DNA of 64,000 bases from an uncultured Actinomycetes bacterium (lineage in GTDB: Bacteria > Actinomycetota > Thermoleophilia > Gaiellales > JAICJC01). The stretch is taken from the NCBI GenBank assembly GCA_963811675.1, contig CAWESH010000007.1:164784-228783 (forward strand), read 5' to 3'. Below the pieces are notes generated by a model that was not told where the DNA came from, did not search any database, and saw nothing but the letters and a program-made list of their open reading frames with translations. The position numbers were made by a program, and so were the translations under genes. Positions 18,660 to 28,624 of this stretch are shown one piece after another (position 1 is the stretch's first letter; every line of letters starts with the position of its first letter).

Positions 18660-21600
18660 GTGCCGAACCAACCGCGCTATGCCCACCTCCACGTCCACAG
18701 CGAGTACTCGATCCTCGATGGGGCGTGCCGGATCGGCCCTCTCGTCAACCGCGCTGCAGAGTTCGGGATGCCGGCCATCGGTCTCACCGACCACGGCTCG
18801 ATGGCGGGCTCGGTGGAGTTCTGCAAGGCCGGTGCCAAAGCGGGCATCAAGCCGATTCTGGGCTGCGAGATCTATGTGGTCGACGACCACACCGCGCGGC
18901 CCCAGCGCGAGCGCCGCGGCCATCTGACACTGCTGGCCGAGACGCGCGAGGGCTATCACAACCTGGTGCGACTGGTGTCGTCCGGATTCCTGGACGGGTA
19001 CTGGTACAAGCCGCGGGTCGACCTCGAGCAGCTGGCCACCCACGCCGATGGCATCATCGCCCTGTCAGGCTGCCTCTCGGGGCGGGTCAGCAAGGCGCTG
19101 GTGGACGGCGACGAGGCCCGCGCCCGGCAGGAGCTCGACACGCTGGTGCAGATCTTCGGCCGCGACGACGTCTACGTCGAGATCCAGGACGGCGGCATCG
19201 ATATTCAGACCCAGATCACTCCGCAGCTGGTGGCGATGGCCGGGGATGCGGGCCTGCCGCTGGTGGGCACCGGTGACGTGCACTATCTGACGGCCGCCGA
19301 TGCGATTCCGCACGAGGCCATGCTGTGCATCCAGACCGGCGACACGCTCGACAACCCGAACCGCTTCAAGTTCTCCAACCACGGCTTCTACTTGCGATCC
19401 CCGCAGGAGATGTACGACCTGTTCGCCCCACGGTTTGGCGAGGAGATGCTGCGCGCCACGGTCGAGATTGCCGACCGCTGCACCGCCACTTTGGATTTCG
19501 AGGCAACGCATCTGCCGCATTTCGATCTGCCCGGCGGTGAGACCGCCATCGCGTACCTCCGTAAACTGGCCGAAGACGGGCTGCGTGAGCGGTACGGCAG
19601 CGAGACCCCCGAGCTGCGCCAGCGGCTGGAGTTCGAGCTCAAGACGATCGAGGAGATGGGCTTCCCCGACTACTTCCTGATCGTGTGGGACTTCATCCGG
19701 TTCGCCCGCGCCGAGGGTATCTCCGTCGGGCCCGGTCGTGGGTCGGCCGCGGGATCGCTGGTGGCCTACTGCCTGCGCATCACCGACCTCGATCCGATGC
19801 GCTACTCGCTGCTGTTCGAGCGGTTCCTGAATCCCGGCCGCAAGTCGATGCCCGACGTCGATGTCGACTTCGCAGTGGCCGGGCGCGAGCGCGTGATCAA
19901 CTACGTGGCCGAGAAGTACGGTCGCCGCAACGTCGCTCAGATCATCACCTTCGGCAAGATGCAGCCCAAGGCCGCCATCAAGGACGCCGGCCGGGTGATG
20001 GGGCTGCCGTACGGCGTGGTCGACCGGATCGCAAAGTTCGTCCCCGACGGCCCCAAGATCTCGTTCGACATGTGCATGAAGAACGGGGCCGAGCTGCGCA
20101 AGAGCTACGACACCGACGAGACCACCCGCAAGGTGGTGGACATGGCCATGCCGCTGGAAGGGGTCGTGCGTAACGACTCGATTCACGCCGCCGCGGTGGT
20201 GATCGGTGACCGGCCTCTGACCGAGTACCTGCCGCTGCAGCAGAAGGGCACCGACTCCGAGGTCGTCACCCAGTTCTCGATGAACGACGTGGAGGCGCTG
20301 GGGCTGCTCAAGATGGACTTCCTGGGGCTTCGCAACCTGGACGTGATCGACCGCGCCGTGGAGCTGATCGAGGAGTCCAGCGGGGTCACCGTGGACGTTC
20401 ACGCCCTGCCGCTGGACGACACCAAGACCTACGAGATGATGGCCCGCGGTGACGCCACCGGCGTGTTCCAGTTCGAGTCCAGCGGCATGCGCGACGCGCT
20501 GCGCCAGGTGAGACCCACCCGGTTCGAGGATCTGATCGCCCTGGTGGCGCTGTACCGGCCCGGGCCGATGCAGAACATCCCGCGCTATGCGGCGCGGCTC
20601 AACGGCCGGGAACAGTTCTCCTACCCCGATCCACGACTGGAGCCGATCCTGTCGGAATCGGCGGGGATCTCGATCTATCAGGAGCAGCTGATGCTGATCG
20701 CCCGGGAACTGGCCGGCTTCACACCCGCCGAGGCCGACGATCTGCGCAAGGCGGTCGGCAAGAAGATCGCATCGCTGATGGCCTCGCTCAAGGACAAGTT
20801 CCTCAAGGGCTGTGCCGCCAACGGCGTCAGTGCAGCGCTGGCGAAAGAGCTGTGGGAGGACAACGAGCGCAGCGCCGACTACTCGTTCAACAAGTCGCAT
20901 GCGGCCTGCTATGCGCTGATCTCGTATCAGACCGCGTATCTGCGGGCCAACCATCCGGCCGAGTACATGGCGGCCTTGATCTCCTCGGTGATGTCGACCA
21001 AGGACCGGGTGCCGTTCTACGTCGGCGAGTGCGCCGACATGGGTATCGAGGTGCTGCCGCCGGACGTGAACGAGAGTCAGTCCGACTTCGCCGTGGTGGA
21101 CGGCAAGATCCGGTTCGGTCTGACCGCTGTCAAGAACGTCGGCGAGGGAGCGGTGCGGATGATCGTCGAGGCCCGCTCCGAACGCCCCTTCGAATCGATC
21201 TGGGACTTCTGCGAACGGGTCGATGCGACGGTGCTGAACAAGCGCATGTTGGAGAGCCTGATTGCGGCGGGGGCGTTCGACTGCTCCGGAGCAACCCGGC
21301 GGGGCAGCGCCGAGGCGCTGGAACAGGCGCTCACGGCCGGCCAGAAGATCCAGGAGGACGCTCGCCGCGGCCAGGGATCGATCTTCGACATGATGGGCGA
21401 CGACGCCGCGGGCGGATCGGCCACCGTCACCCGCGTCCATCCGCAGGTGTCGACCCTGGAGTGGGATCGTGATGATCTGCTGCGACGCGAGAAGGAGGTG
21501 CTGGGGCTGTACGTCTCCAGCCATCCGCTGACGCCGCTGCGGTCACAGCTCGCGCGGCAGGTGGACACGCCGCTGCGGGAGTTCCCGAATCTCCGTGACG

Positions 21601-22088
21601 GGCAGGTCGTGACCGTCGGCGGGATCGTCGCCGGGGTGCGGCAGCTGGTCACCAAGAAGGGAGACACGATGGCGTTCGTTCAGCTCGACGACGCCACCGA
21701 CGCCATTGAGGTGATCGTGTTTGCCAAGAGCTGGGAGACCGCCCGAGACGTGCTCAGGCCCGACGCCATCGTTCTGATCAAGGGCCGGGTCGAGCGCAAG
21801 TCCGACACCGAGGTGAAGCTGATGGCAATCGAGGCAACGCCCTTCGAGGCCGTCGCTGACGCCGGTGTGGTCAAGCTGCGGGTGGATGCCCGCGAGGCTC
21901 CGGCGACCATCTTGGACGAACTCAAGAGCCTGATCGGCGAGTATCCCGGAGAGGCGCCGGTGGAGCTGCGCATCGACACCACCGAAGGCGCCAAGGTGCT
22001 CCGCTTCGGCTCGGACTACCGGGTGCGGGCAGACGGCGACTTCATGGCCGAGGCGCGGGCTCTGCTGGGCGACGCCGTCATCGCCTGA
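18660..22088 (+). CDS. dnaE: DNA polymerase III alpha subunit
   Basis: HLHVHSEYSILDG, TDHG, GPGRGSAAGS, PDVDVDF, KMDFLGL, FNKSH, OB-fold tail. Confidence 0.98.
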   Translation: MPNQPRYAHLHVHSEYSILDGACRIGPLVNRAAEFGMPAIGLTDHGSMAGSVEFCKAGAKAGIKPILGCEIYVVDDHTARPQRERRGHLTLLAETREGYHNLVRLVSSGFLDGYWYKPRVDLEQLATHADGIIALSGCLSGRVSKALVDGDEARARQELDTLVQIFGRDDVYVEIQDGGIDIQTQITPQLVAMAGDAGLPLVGTGDVHYLTAADAIPHEAMLCIQTGDTLDNPNRFKFSNHGFYLRSPQEMYDLFAPRFGEEMLRATVEIADRCTATLDFEATHLPHFDLPGGETAIAYLRKLAEDGLRERYGSETPELRQRLEFELKTIEEMGFPDYFLIVWDFIRFARAEGISVGPGRGSAAGSLVAYCLRITDLDPMRYSLLFERFLNPGRKSMPDVDVDFAVAGRERVINYVAEKYGRRNVAQIITFGKMQPKAAIKDAGRVMGLPYGVVDRIAKFVPDGPKISFDMCMKNGAELRKSYDTDETTRKVVDMAMPLEGVVRNDSIHAAAVVIGDRPLTEYLPLQQKGTDSEVVTQFSMNDVEALGLLKMDFLGLRNLDVIDRAVELIEESSGVTVDVHALPLDDTKTYEMMARGDATGVFQFESSGMRDALRQVRPTRFEDLIALVALYRPGPMQNIPRYAARLNGREQFSYPDPRLEPILSESAGISIYQEQLMLIARELAGFTPAEADDLRKAVGKKIASLMASLKDKFLKGCAANGVSAALAKELWEDNERSADYSFNKSHAACYALISYQTAYLRANHPAEYMAALISSVMSTKDRVPFYVGECADMGIEVLPPDVNESQSDFAVVDGKIRFGLTAVKNVGEGAVRMIVEARSERPFESIWDFCERVDATVLNKRMLESLIAAGAFDCSGATRRGSAEALEQALTAGQKIQEDARRGQGSIFDMMGDDAAGGSATVTRVHPQVSTLEWDRDDLLRREKEVLGLYVSSHPLTPLRSQLARQVDTPLREFPNLRDGQVVTVGGIVAGVRQLVTKKGDTMAFVQLDDATDAIEVIVFAKSWETARDVLRPDAIVLIKGRVERKSDTEVKLMAIEATPFEAVADAGVVKLRVDAREAPATILDELKSLIGEYPGEAPVELRIDTTEGAKVLRFGSDYRVRADGDFMAEARALLGDAVIA

Positions 22089-22107
22089 CCGCGCCTATCG
22101 TGCACCC

Positions 22108-22608
22108 GTGACCGAACCGATCATTCGCCGCGCCCGCACGGGCGACATCCGCGACATCCACCGGATCGTGCGTGGATACGTTGATCAGGGCGTGCTCTTG
22201 GGCAAGCAGCTCGTGACGTTGTACGAGGACGTCCAGGAGTTCCGGGTGGCAGAGCTGGACGGCGCGGTGGTGGGATGCGGGGCGGTGCATGTGATGTGGG
22301 AGGATCTGGCCGAGGTGCGCACGGTCGCCGTCGACCCGGCGTTCGTGGGTCGAGGAGTGGGGCATGCGGTGGTGGCGGATCTGGTCAACACCGCCCGTGA
22401 GCTGGGGGTGCGGCGAGTGTTCGTGCTGACCTTCGAGCACCGGTTCTTCGCCCGCCACGGCTTTCGCCAGATCGAGGGAACTCCGGTCGCGCCGGAGGTG
22501 TACGCCGAGCTGAGACGGTCATACGACGAGGGGGTGGCGGAGTTCCTCGACCTCCCGCGGGTGAAGCCCAACACGCTGGGAAACACCCGCATGCTGTTGG
22601 AACTGTGA
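22108..22608 (+). CDS. argA: GNAT amino-acid N-acetyltransferase (short ArgA type)
   Basis: LYEDVQEF, CGAVHVMWEDLAEVRTVAV, VFVLTFE..FF, SYDEGVAEFLDL.RVKPNTLGNTRML. Confidence 0.8.
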   Translation: MTEPIIRRARTGDIRDIHRIVRGYVDQGVLLGKQLVTLYEDVQEFRVAELDGAVVGCGAVHVMWEDLAEVRTVAVDPAFVGRGVGHAVVADLVNTARELGVRRVFVLTFEHRFFARHGFRQIEGTPVAPEVYAELRRSYDEGVAEFLDLPRVKPNTLGNTRMLLEL

Positions 22609-22653
22609 CCAGCTGACAGTCCCATCCGCCCGCCGCCCTAGAATGTCCCGACC

Positions 22654-23436
22654 ATGACCGTGGCGGAGTTCGACCTCGACCTGGACGTATTTCAGGGCCC
22701 GTTCGATCTGCTGCTCGCGCTCGTCCTGCGGGAGGAGATCGAGCTGGCCGAACTGCCGATCGCCGAGATCGTGGTCGCCTACGTCGAGCGGATGGAGGAG
22801 CGCGGCGAGATCGACCTGGAGTCGGCCACGGAGTTCGTCGTGCTGATCGCGGCACTGCTCGAGATCAAGGTGCGGCTGCTGTTCGGCATCGAGGACTCCG
22901 ACGAGGACGACATCACCGTCGAAGAGGCAGAGCAGGAGCTGATCGAGCGGTTGATCGAGTACCGCCGCTACGCCGCGGCCGCCCGCTGGCTGCACGACCG
23001 GGCCGAGGCCACACCGCGGATGTTCCGCGCCGGGCCGGCGCCGTTGCAGCCGCGACCCGAGCCGGTGATCGAGGAGTTCAGCGAGGATCCGTGGCAGCTG
23101 CATGCGGCCATGGCGACGCTGCTCACCTCGCCGCCGGAGATCGACATCAGCGTGGTGCGTCGCAAGCTGGTGCCGGTCAGCGAATTTTTGGATCGGTTCC
23201 GCGCACTGCTGGGTGAGCGTCGCGGCTTCGCCTTCGAGCAGGCGGTGGCCGGCCTCGACCGACTGTCCCAGGCGGCGGCGTTCCTGGCGGTGCTGGAGCT
23301 GTACAAGACCGGCGAGGCCGATCCGGTGCAGGCCGAGCTGTTCGGGCCGATCAGGGTCGCCCGCGGAGCGGTGCGGCGCGAGCAGCCGCAGACGCCCGAG
23401 GCCGATCCGGCCGTGTCTGAGCGGGCGATCGCGTGA
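22654..23436 (+). CDS. scpA: segregation and condensation protein A
   Basis: FQGPFDLLL, LLEIK, LIEYRRY, FLAVLEL, Q.ELFG.I. Confidence 0.93.
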   Translation: MTVAEFDLDLDVFQGPFDLLLALVLREEIELAELPIAEIVVAYVERMEERGEIDLESATEFVVLIAALLEIKVRLLFGIEDSDEDDITVEEAEQELIERLIEYRRYAAAARWLHDRAEATPRMFRAGPAPLQPRPEPVIEEFSEDPWQLHAAMATLLTSPPEIDISVVRRKLVPVSEFLDRFRALLGERRGFAFEQAVAGLDRLSQAAAFLAVLELYKTGEADPVQAELFGPIRVARGAVRREQPQTPEADPAVSERAIA

Positions 23437-24017
23437 GCGAGCTGACCCACACCGTGGAGGCGCTGCTGTTCGTGGCCTCAGAGCCATTGTCGGTACGTGA
23501 GCTGGCGGCGCTGACCGAGGCCGCTCCCGAGCGGATCGAGCGCGCCCTGGACGCGCTGGGCGATCGCTACGGTGAGGGCCGGTCGGGTGTGGTGTTGGAG
23601 AAGGCCGCCGGTGGCTGGGGATTTCGGGCGTCGCGCGAGACCGCCCCGGCCTGTGCCCGGCTGCTGAACCGGCCGCAGACGCGTGGCATCAGCCAGGCCG
23701 GTCTGGAGACGCTCGCGATCGTGGCCTATCTCGGCCCCGTCTCGCGGCCCGATATCGCCCGCATCCGCGGCGTGTCGGCCGATGCCGGCGTCGCCGGCCT
23801 GCTGGAGCGGGGACTTGTCGAGGAAGCGGGACGGGCCGACTCCATCGGCCAACCGGTGCTGTACCGGGTCACCACGGCCTTTGCCCGCATGTTCGGGTTG
23901 GAGGAGGGGACTGCGAGCCTGCCCGCCCTGTCGGAGTTCGACCTGACTGACGCCGATCACGAGGCGCTGCGGGCTCGGCTTCACCTGGTGGCTGATCAGC
24001 GTGCCGGAGCGGCTTAA
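23433..24017 (+). CDS. scpB: segregation and condensation protein B
   Basis: EALLF, AGG, LETLAIVAY..PVSR..I..IRGV, F..FGL. Confidence 0.94.
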   Translation: MSELTHTVEALLFVASEPLSVRELAALTEAAPERIERALDALGDRYGEGRSGVVLEKAAGGWGFRASRETAPACARLLNRPQTRGISQAGLETLAIVAYLGPVSRPDIARIRGVSADAGVAGLLERGLVEEAGRADSIGQPVLYRVTTAFARMFGLEEGTASLPALSEFDLTDADHEALRARLHLVADQRAGAA

Positions 24018-24690
24018 CCGGTTTCTGGCCTCAACCGGGCTGGCTTCTCGCCGCGCGGCCGAGGTGTACATCCGCGACGGCAGGGTGACGGTCAACGGTC
24101 AGGTGGCCGACCTGGGCACCCGCGTCGCGGATGGTGATGACGTCCGCCTCGACGGCGACCCGGTGACCGCCCAGAAGGTCGTGGTGGTGCTGCTGAACAA
24201 GCCGGCAGGGATGATCACGAGCGTCGGTGATTCCCGCGGGCGGCCGACGGTGACCGATGCGGTCAAGACCGACGTGCGGGTGTTTCCGGTCGGGCGACTG
24301 GATCGCGCCACCACCGGAGCGCTTGTGCTGACCAACGACGGCGACCTGGCCCACCGGTTGATGCACCCCAAACACGGGGTCGAGAAGAGCTATCTGGCAG
24401 ACGTCGAGGGTGTGCCCACAGAGGAGGCTCTCGAGCGGCTGCGCCGGGGTGTGGAGCTGGAGGACGGCATGACTCACCCGGCCGCCGTTCGAAGCGTCCG
24501 CCCTGGGCAGTTGGAGATCACCATCCACGAGGGCCGAAATCGGCAGGTGCGGCGCATGTGCGCAGCAATTGGCCACCCGGTACGCACGTTGCATCGAAAC
24601 CGCTACGGGCCGCTGACGGTGGATGACCTGGCGGTGGGGGCGTGGCGCGCTGTCGTGGCCGAGGAGCTGGAGGCGCTGCGGCATGCCTGA
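24001..24690 (+). CDS. rluB: RsuA/RluB family pseudouridine synthase
   Basis: RLNRFLA..G.ASRR, LNKPAG, PVGRLD, HP...EK.Y, EGRNRQVRRM. Confidence 0.92.
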   Translation: MPERLNRFLASTGLASRRAAEVYIRDGRVTVNGQVADLGTRVADGDDVRLDGDPVTAQKVVVVLLNKPAGMITSVGDSRGRPTVTDAVKTDVRVFPVGRLDRATTGALVLTNDGDLAHRLMHPKHGVEKSYLADVEGVPTEEALERLRRGVELEDGMTHPAAVRSVRPGQLEITIHEGRNRQVRRMCAAIGHPVRTLHRNRYGPLTVDDLAVGAWRAVVAEELEALRHA

Positions 24691-25885
24691 CGTGGTTGTG
24701 ATCGGTGCCGGCCTGTCGGGTCTCACAGCCGCGCACCGGCTGGCGGGGGCCGGTGCGGACGTTGTCGTCCTGGAGGCCTCTGACCGGGTCGGCGGCAGGG
24801 TCTGGACGCGTGAGTCTGGGGGGCGGCCATGGGAGGCCGGGGGCGAGGCGATCGATGCCACCAACTCGTGCCTGCGGGGGCTGGCCGACGAGGTGGGCGC
24901 AGCGATCGTGCGCTCAGCCGTGGGTTGGGGCGATCACGGCCCCACACCGTCCGCCGCCTGGGTGGCGGGGCGACGCGAGTTCGAGTCGCCACCTGGGTAC
25001 GTCGCGCTGTTGGATGAGATCGAGCGGCTGGGGCAGCATCCCGACCCTTCCACCGACGCCGTCAGCGTGGGCGGCTGGCTGCGCTCCCGCGGGGCCGCTC
25101 CGTTCGATCGGGCCGTGGCCGAGACGATGATCTCGGCGGTGGCCGCAACCGTCCCGCTGGAGCGCATGTCACTGCATGCTTTGGCCGCCAAGGACGCTGC
25201 CCGGGGCGGCGCTCGATCCGACTCGGAGTTTCGCTTCGGCGAGGGGGCGGGAGGCTTCGCCGAGAGCATTGCAGTGGGGCTGGGAGATCGCGTACACCTG
25301 CAGACCCGGGCGCTGGAGCTGCGGCAGGCTGCCGCCGGGATCGCGATCACGGTCGAGAACGGTGAGCTTGTCGAGGCCACGCGGGCGGTGGTGGCGATAC
25401 CGCTGCACGCTCACTCGCAGCTTCGCGGGCTGCGGCCGGTGCCGGCCGACGCGACCTACGGGGTCGCCGTTAAGTCTCTGATCGAGCTGGATCGCGACCT
25501 ACCCTCCGGCGCGCCCACCTCGGCGGTCACCGACACCGTGCTTGGCTATGCGTACCGGCGCGACCGGCGGACGCTGGGCGCGTTTGTCGGGTCGACTCCG
25601 GCGCGGCGGCTGGCGGGGCTCGCAGATTCGGCCGTGATCCGCGAGCTGAGCGAACCGGTGCGAACGATGTTCGGGGTCGGCGTGGCCGGCGTCATCCGCG
25701 TCGTCTATCCACGCAGCTACCTGATCCTGGCACCCGGCCAGCTGACCGGCTGGTGGCCCGGGTTGGCACTGCCCGAGGGTCGGGTTCACTACGCCGGTGC
25801 AGAGACGTCGGTGCTTCCCAGTTTCATGGAAGGTGCGGTGATGGCGGGTGAGCGGGCTGCCCGGGAGGTGCTCGATGCCGGCTGA
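24683..25885 (+). CDS. FAD-dependent amine oxidase family protein
   Basis: VIGAGLSGL.AA, LEASDRVGGR, C-terminal HYAGAET...MEGAV.AGERAA. Confidence 0.85.
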   Translation: MPDVVVIGAGLSGLTAAHRLAGAGADVVVLEASDRVGGRVWTRESGGRPWEAGGEAIDATNSCLRGLADEVGAAIVRSAVGWGDHGPTPSAAWVAGRREFESPPGYVALLDEIERLGQHPDPSTDAVSVGGWLRSRGAAPFDRAVAETMISAVAATVPLERMSLHALAAKDAARGGARSDSEFRFGEGAGGFAESIAVGLGDRVHLQTRALELRQAAAGIAITVENGELVEATRAVVAIPLHAHSQLRGLRPVPADATYGVAVKSLIELDRDLPSGAPTSAVTDTVLGYAYRRDRRTLGAFVGSTPARRLAGLADSAVIRELSEPVRTMFGVGVAGVIRVVYPRSYLILAPGQLTGWWPGLALPEGRVHYAGAETSVLPSFMEGAVMAGERAAREVLDAG

Positions 25886-26588
25886 CCCGGTGGTGGCGGT
25901 GATCCTGGCCGCCGGGGCCGGTCGCCGGTTGGGGGGGCGGCCCAAGCTGCTCCAGCAGGTCTGCGGCCGTCCGCTGGTGGAGTGGGTGCTGGACCGGCTG
26001 GCGGCTGCGGGTGTGAGCCAAGCACTGGTGGTCACCGGCGCGCACGCCGACGAGGTCGACAGTCAGCTGGCCGGGCGAGCGCGCTCGGTGCACAACCCGC
26101 TGTCGCAGGAGTACGAGAACTTTGTCAGCCTGGCCGTGGGCCTGGAGGCGGCGCCGCCCGGGCGAGTGCTGGTGCTCAACGGCGATGTGATCGTGGCCGA
26201 CGGTGTGTTGCAGGCGGTACTGGCCGAGACCGCAGCGCTCGCTCTCGGGGTCTGTTTGGGTGACACAGACGACGAGGCGCTGCGGGTCGAGATCCGCGGT
26301 GATCGGGTCGTGCGGTTGGGCAAGGGCCTCGATCCACTCACCAGCGCGGGCGAGTTCGTGGGTGTCTCGGCGCTCTCGCAGGGTGCCCGTGCTCAGTACC
26401 TGGAGCGGGCCGATGCCGAGCGCACCGCGGGTCGCCGCGGCCTCTTCTATGAAGACGTGTACAGCGCCATCTGCCTGGCCGAACCGGCCATGCCGGTGGC
26501 GGTGGTCGCGGCGGACTGGGCGGAGATCGATACCGCGGCCGACGTGGCATCCGCCGAACGCGTCGCCGGTCGAGACATCCCTACCTAG
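25875..26588 (+). CDS. nucleotidyltransferase, LicC/IPCT-like cytidylyltransferase family
   Basis: ILAAGAGRRL..PK.L, NP, LNGDV, GEFVG, FYED, WAEIDT..D. Confidence 0.8.
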   Translation: MPADPVVAVILAAGAGRRLGGRPKLLQQVCGRPLVEWVLDRLAAAGVSQALVVTGAHADEVDSQLAGRARSVHNPLSQEYENFVSLAVGLEAAPPGRVLVLNGDVIVADGVLQAVLAETAALALGVCLGDTDDEALRVEIRGDRVVRLGKGLDPLTSAGEFVGVSALSQGARAQYLERADAERTAGRRGLFYEDVYSAICLAEPAMPVAVVAADWAEIDTAADVASAERVAGRDIPT

Positions 26589-27238
26589 TGAAGCTTGGGG
26601 AAGTCGGCCCGCTGCCGTAGGGCGTCGAGGTCTGCGTCTTTGGTTGCCCACTCGGCGATTGCGGGATCCAGATCGATCGCAGCGGCAAGATGTGAGACCG
26701 CCTCGTCTTGGTGTCCCGCGAGCGTTTCGTAGCACGCCAGGTTGTACAGCAGGGTGGCGCCGTTGGGGTGAAGCTCGAGGCCCTCGTGCATCACTTCCAG
26801 CGCCCGCTCGAAGTCGCCGTCGCGGGCGGCCGGCTCGGCGGTCTGGCTGAACTCCCACTCCGACGGCGTGAACGCGGCGCCCTCGGGGGCGCCCATCACG
26901 ATCACCGTCGAGTTGGGTGCAGCGGCCCGCGCCCCGCGCCGGGCGGCCGGTTCTGGCACGAATACAAATGTGCCACTGGCGGCCTCGATGTCGGTGCCCT
27001 CGACGGTGAACATGGCCGAGCCGGCGGCGACGTAGTAGAGCTCCTGGTGATGTCCCGCTTGTGCTCCCAGCTCGTCGTGATCTTCGATCAGCTCATCGCC
27101 GACCTCCGCAGCGGTGAACGCATTCACGCCAAAGGCGGTCACCCCGAGGTGGCGGCGCACCGGTTTCCAGGAGGCGCCTCCGGCGACGATTGCGGGAATC
27201 TCGTCGATCTGGGCGGTGGTGAACGGCGGGTCGGTCAT
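26585..27238 (-). CDS. cupin + TPR domain protein
   Basis: VRRHLGVTAFGVN, HDE, ELYYV..G cupin; LLYNLACY..L.G, D.DL..LR TPR end; TACACT -10 upstream. Confidence 0.8.
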   Translation of the reverse strand: MTDPPFTTAQIDEIPAIVAGGASWKPVRRHLGVTAFGVNAFTAAEVGDELIEDHDELGAQAGHHQELYYVAAGSAMFTVEGTDIEAASGTFVFVPEPAARRGARAAAPNSTVIVMGAPEGAAFTPSEWEFSQTAEPAARDGDFERALEVMHEGLELHPNGATLLYNLACYETLAGHQDEAVSHLAAAIDLDPAIAEWATKDADLDALRQRADFPKLH

Positions 27239-28624
27239 GCCGGTCGAAGTGTACGCCGCTGTGGTCTCGACACCGCCAGCACCACGATCACGATCGCACC
27301 CACCGCCTGCGTCGCAAAGAACAGCGAGATCTCGTCCCCGGCCAGCATGAATCGCGCGGCGCCCAACGCGATCACGGCATAGGCCAGCACCCAGGCCGGC
27401 GACCGGAAGCGGCGCATGCGTGCGTAGCCCCAGCCGACGGCTGCTCCCAGCAGCAGGGAGCCGACGATCACCCCCGGCAGCAGGCCGATCGCCCAGAGCG
27501 TGCCGAACCCGGACAGGAACACCCCTCCGTGGGCCGCGTTCAGGTAGCGACTCGCCAGCACGTTTGATCGCCACGGCGGCTTCCCGGCCCACACCGAACG
27601 GGGGACGTAGCCCTCTGCCACCAGCGCGAGGCTGCGGCCCAGGTTGGGCTGCTGGTCGGTGGGCACCGCCTGTTGCACCAGCACCAGTCCGTCCAGCGAC
27701 ACCAGCGCCGAGCGGAAGATGTCTGACCCGCTGGTGAGCTGTGCCCTGGTGGTTGCCACCGCGGGGTTGCGGGGCGTGACCGTGACCCGTGTGTGCTGGC
27801 GGTAGACGATCAGCGACACGGCCAGCACCACGGCGCCGACGGCGACCAGCGCCACCGTGCGCGGCGCCAGCCGGCGGACGCGATTGTGGTAGACGATCAT
27901 GACCGGGATCAGCGTCGCGAACACCGCGCTGCGCTGTCCTGTGGTCAGCAGCAGCACCACCGCGCATCCCAGGATCAGCCGCCGCCGGGACGGGTTGGGG
28001 GTGGCGGCCAGCCACAGCAAGAGCGCAAACCGCACCCCCAGCGACGCCAGCTTGAAGATCCCCAGCCCCGAGGTGTCGAGCCGGGCGTGGGCCAGGTCGC
28101 TGAAGTACGACACTCCGCCGAGCCGCTGGATCAGAGCTGCGAACCCGATCACCCCGATTGCCACCAGCGTCCGCACGGCCCATCTGACCCTGGCGGGGTC
28201 GAACTGCCGAGGCTCGCACCAGCGGGCGATGCCGCGCCAGTCGCCCGCCGGCCATGTAGCCGCAGTACGTGGCCAGAACGCCGGCGGTGGCCGTCCAAAG
28301 TGCGGTGGTGGCAAGCTGGTCGCGGAGCGGCACCGGCGCCCATGCCGGGTAGGTCAGGTGGCTGTCGCCCCAGATCAGCGAGAGGCCACGCAGTCCGAAT
28401 CCCAGTGCCACCGGCACCAGCAGGAAGGTGGCGCCGTTCAGCCAGTCGTCGCTGCGAACCCGTTCGACCACTGTCAGCGCAATGCAGGTCGCGAGCAGGG
28501 CGGTGGACGCCAGCGCCAGGCTCGAGGGCGGGCGCAGCGCCAGCGCACCGGCAACCGCCACGGCGGCGACGGCCGCCAGCGCGACCGGAACGACCTGTGG
28601 CAGTGAGGGCCGGCGTCCGATCAC
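27235..28624 (-). CDS. Wzy-like polysaccharide polymerase (frameshift near 28215)
   Basis: Many TM segments over two frames; G.R motif (TGQRS), PRSVW.GKP loop typical of O-antigen polymerases; island context. Confidence 0.65.

Noticed and set aside
19065-21524. 819-aa antisense ORF (and similar long shadow ORFs such as 33314-35281 and 59332-60771)
   Set aside because: Mirror of a high-GC coding strand; no recognisable motifs.
26585-28624. 679-aa membrane-cupin-TPR fusion
   Set aside because: Artefact of a frameshift near 28215; the middle of the ORF is off-frame sequence.
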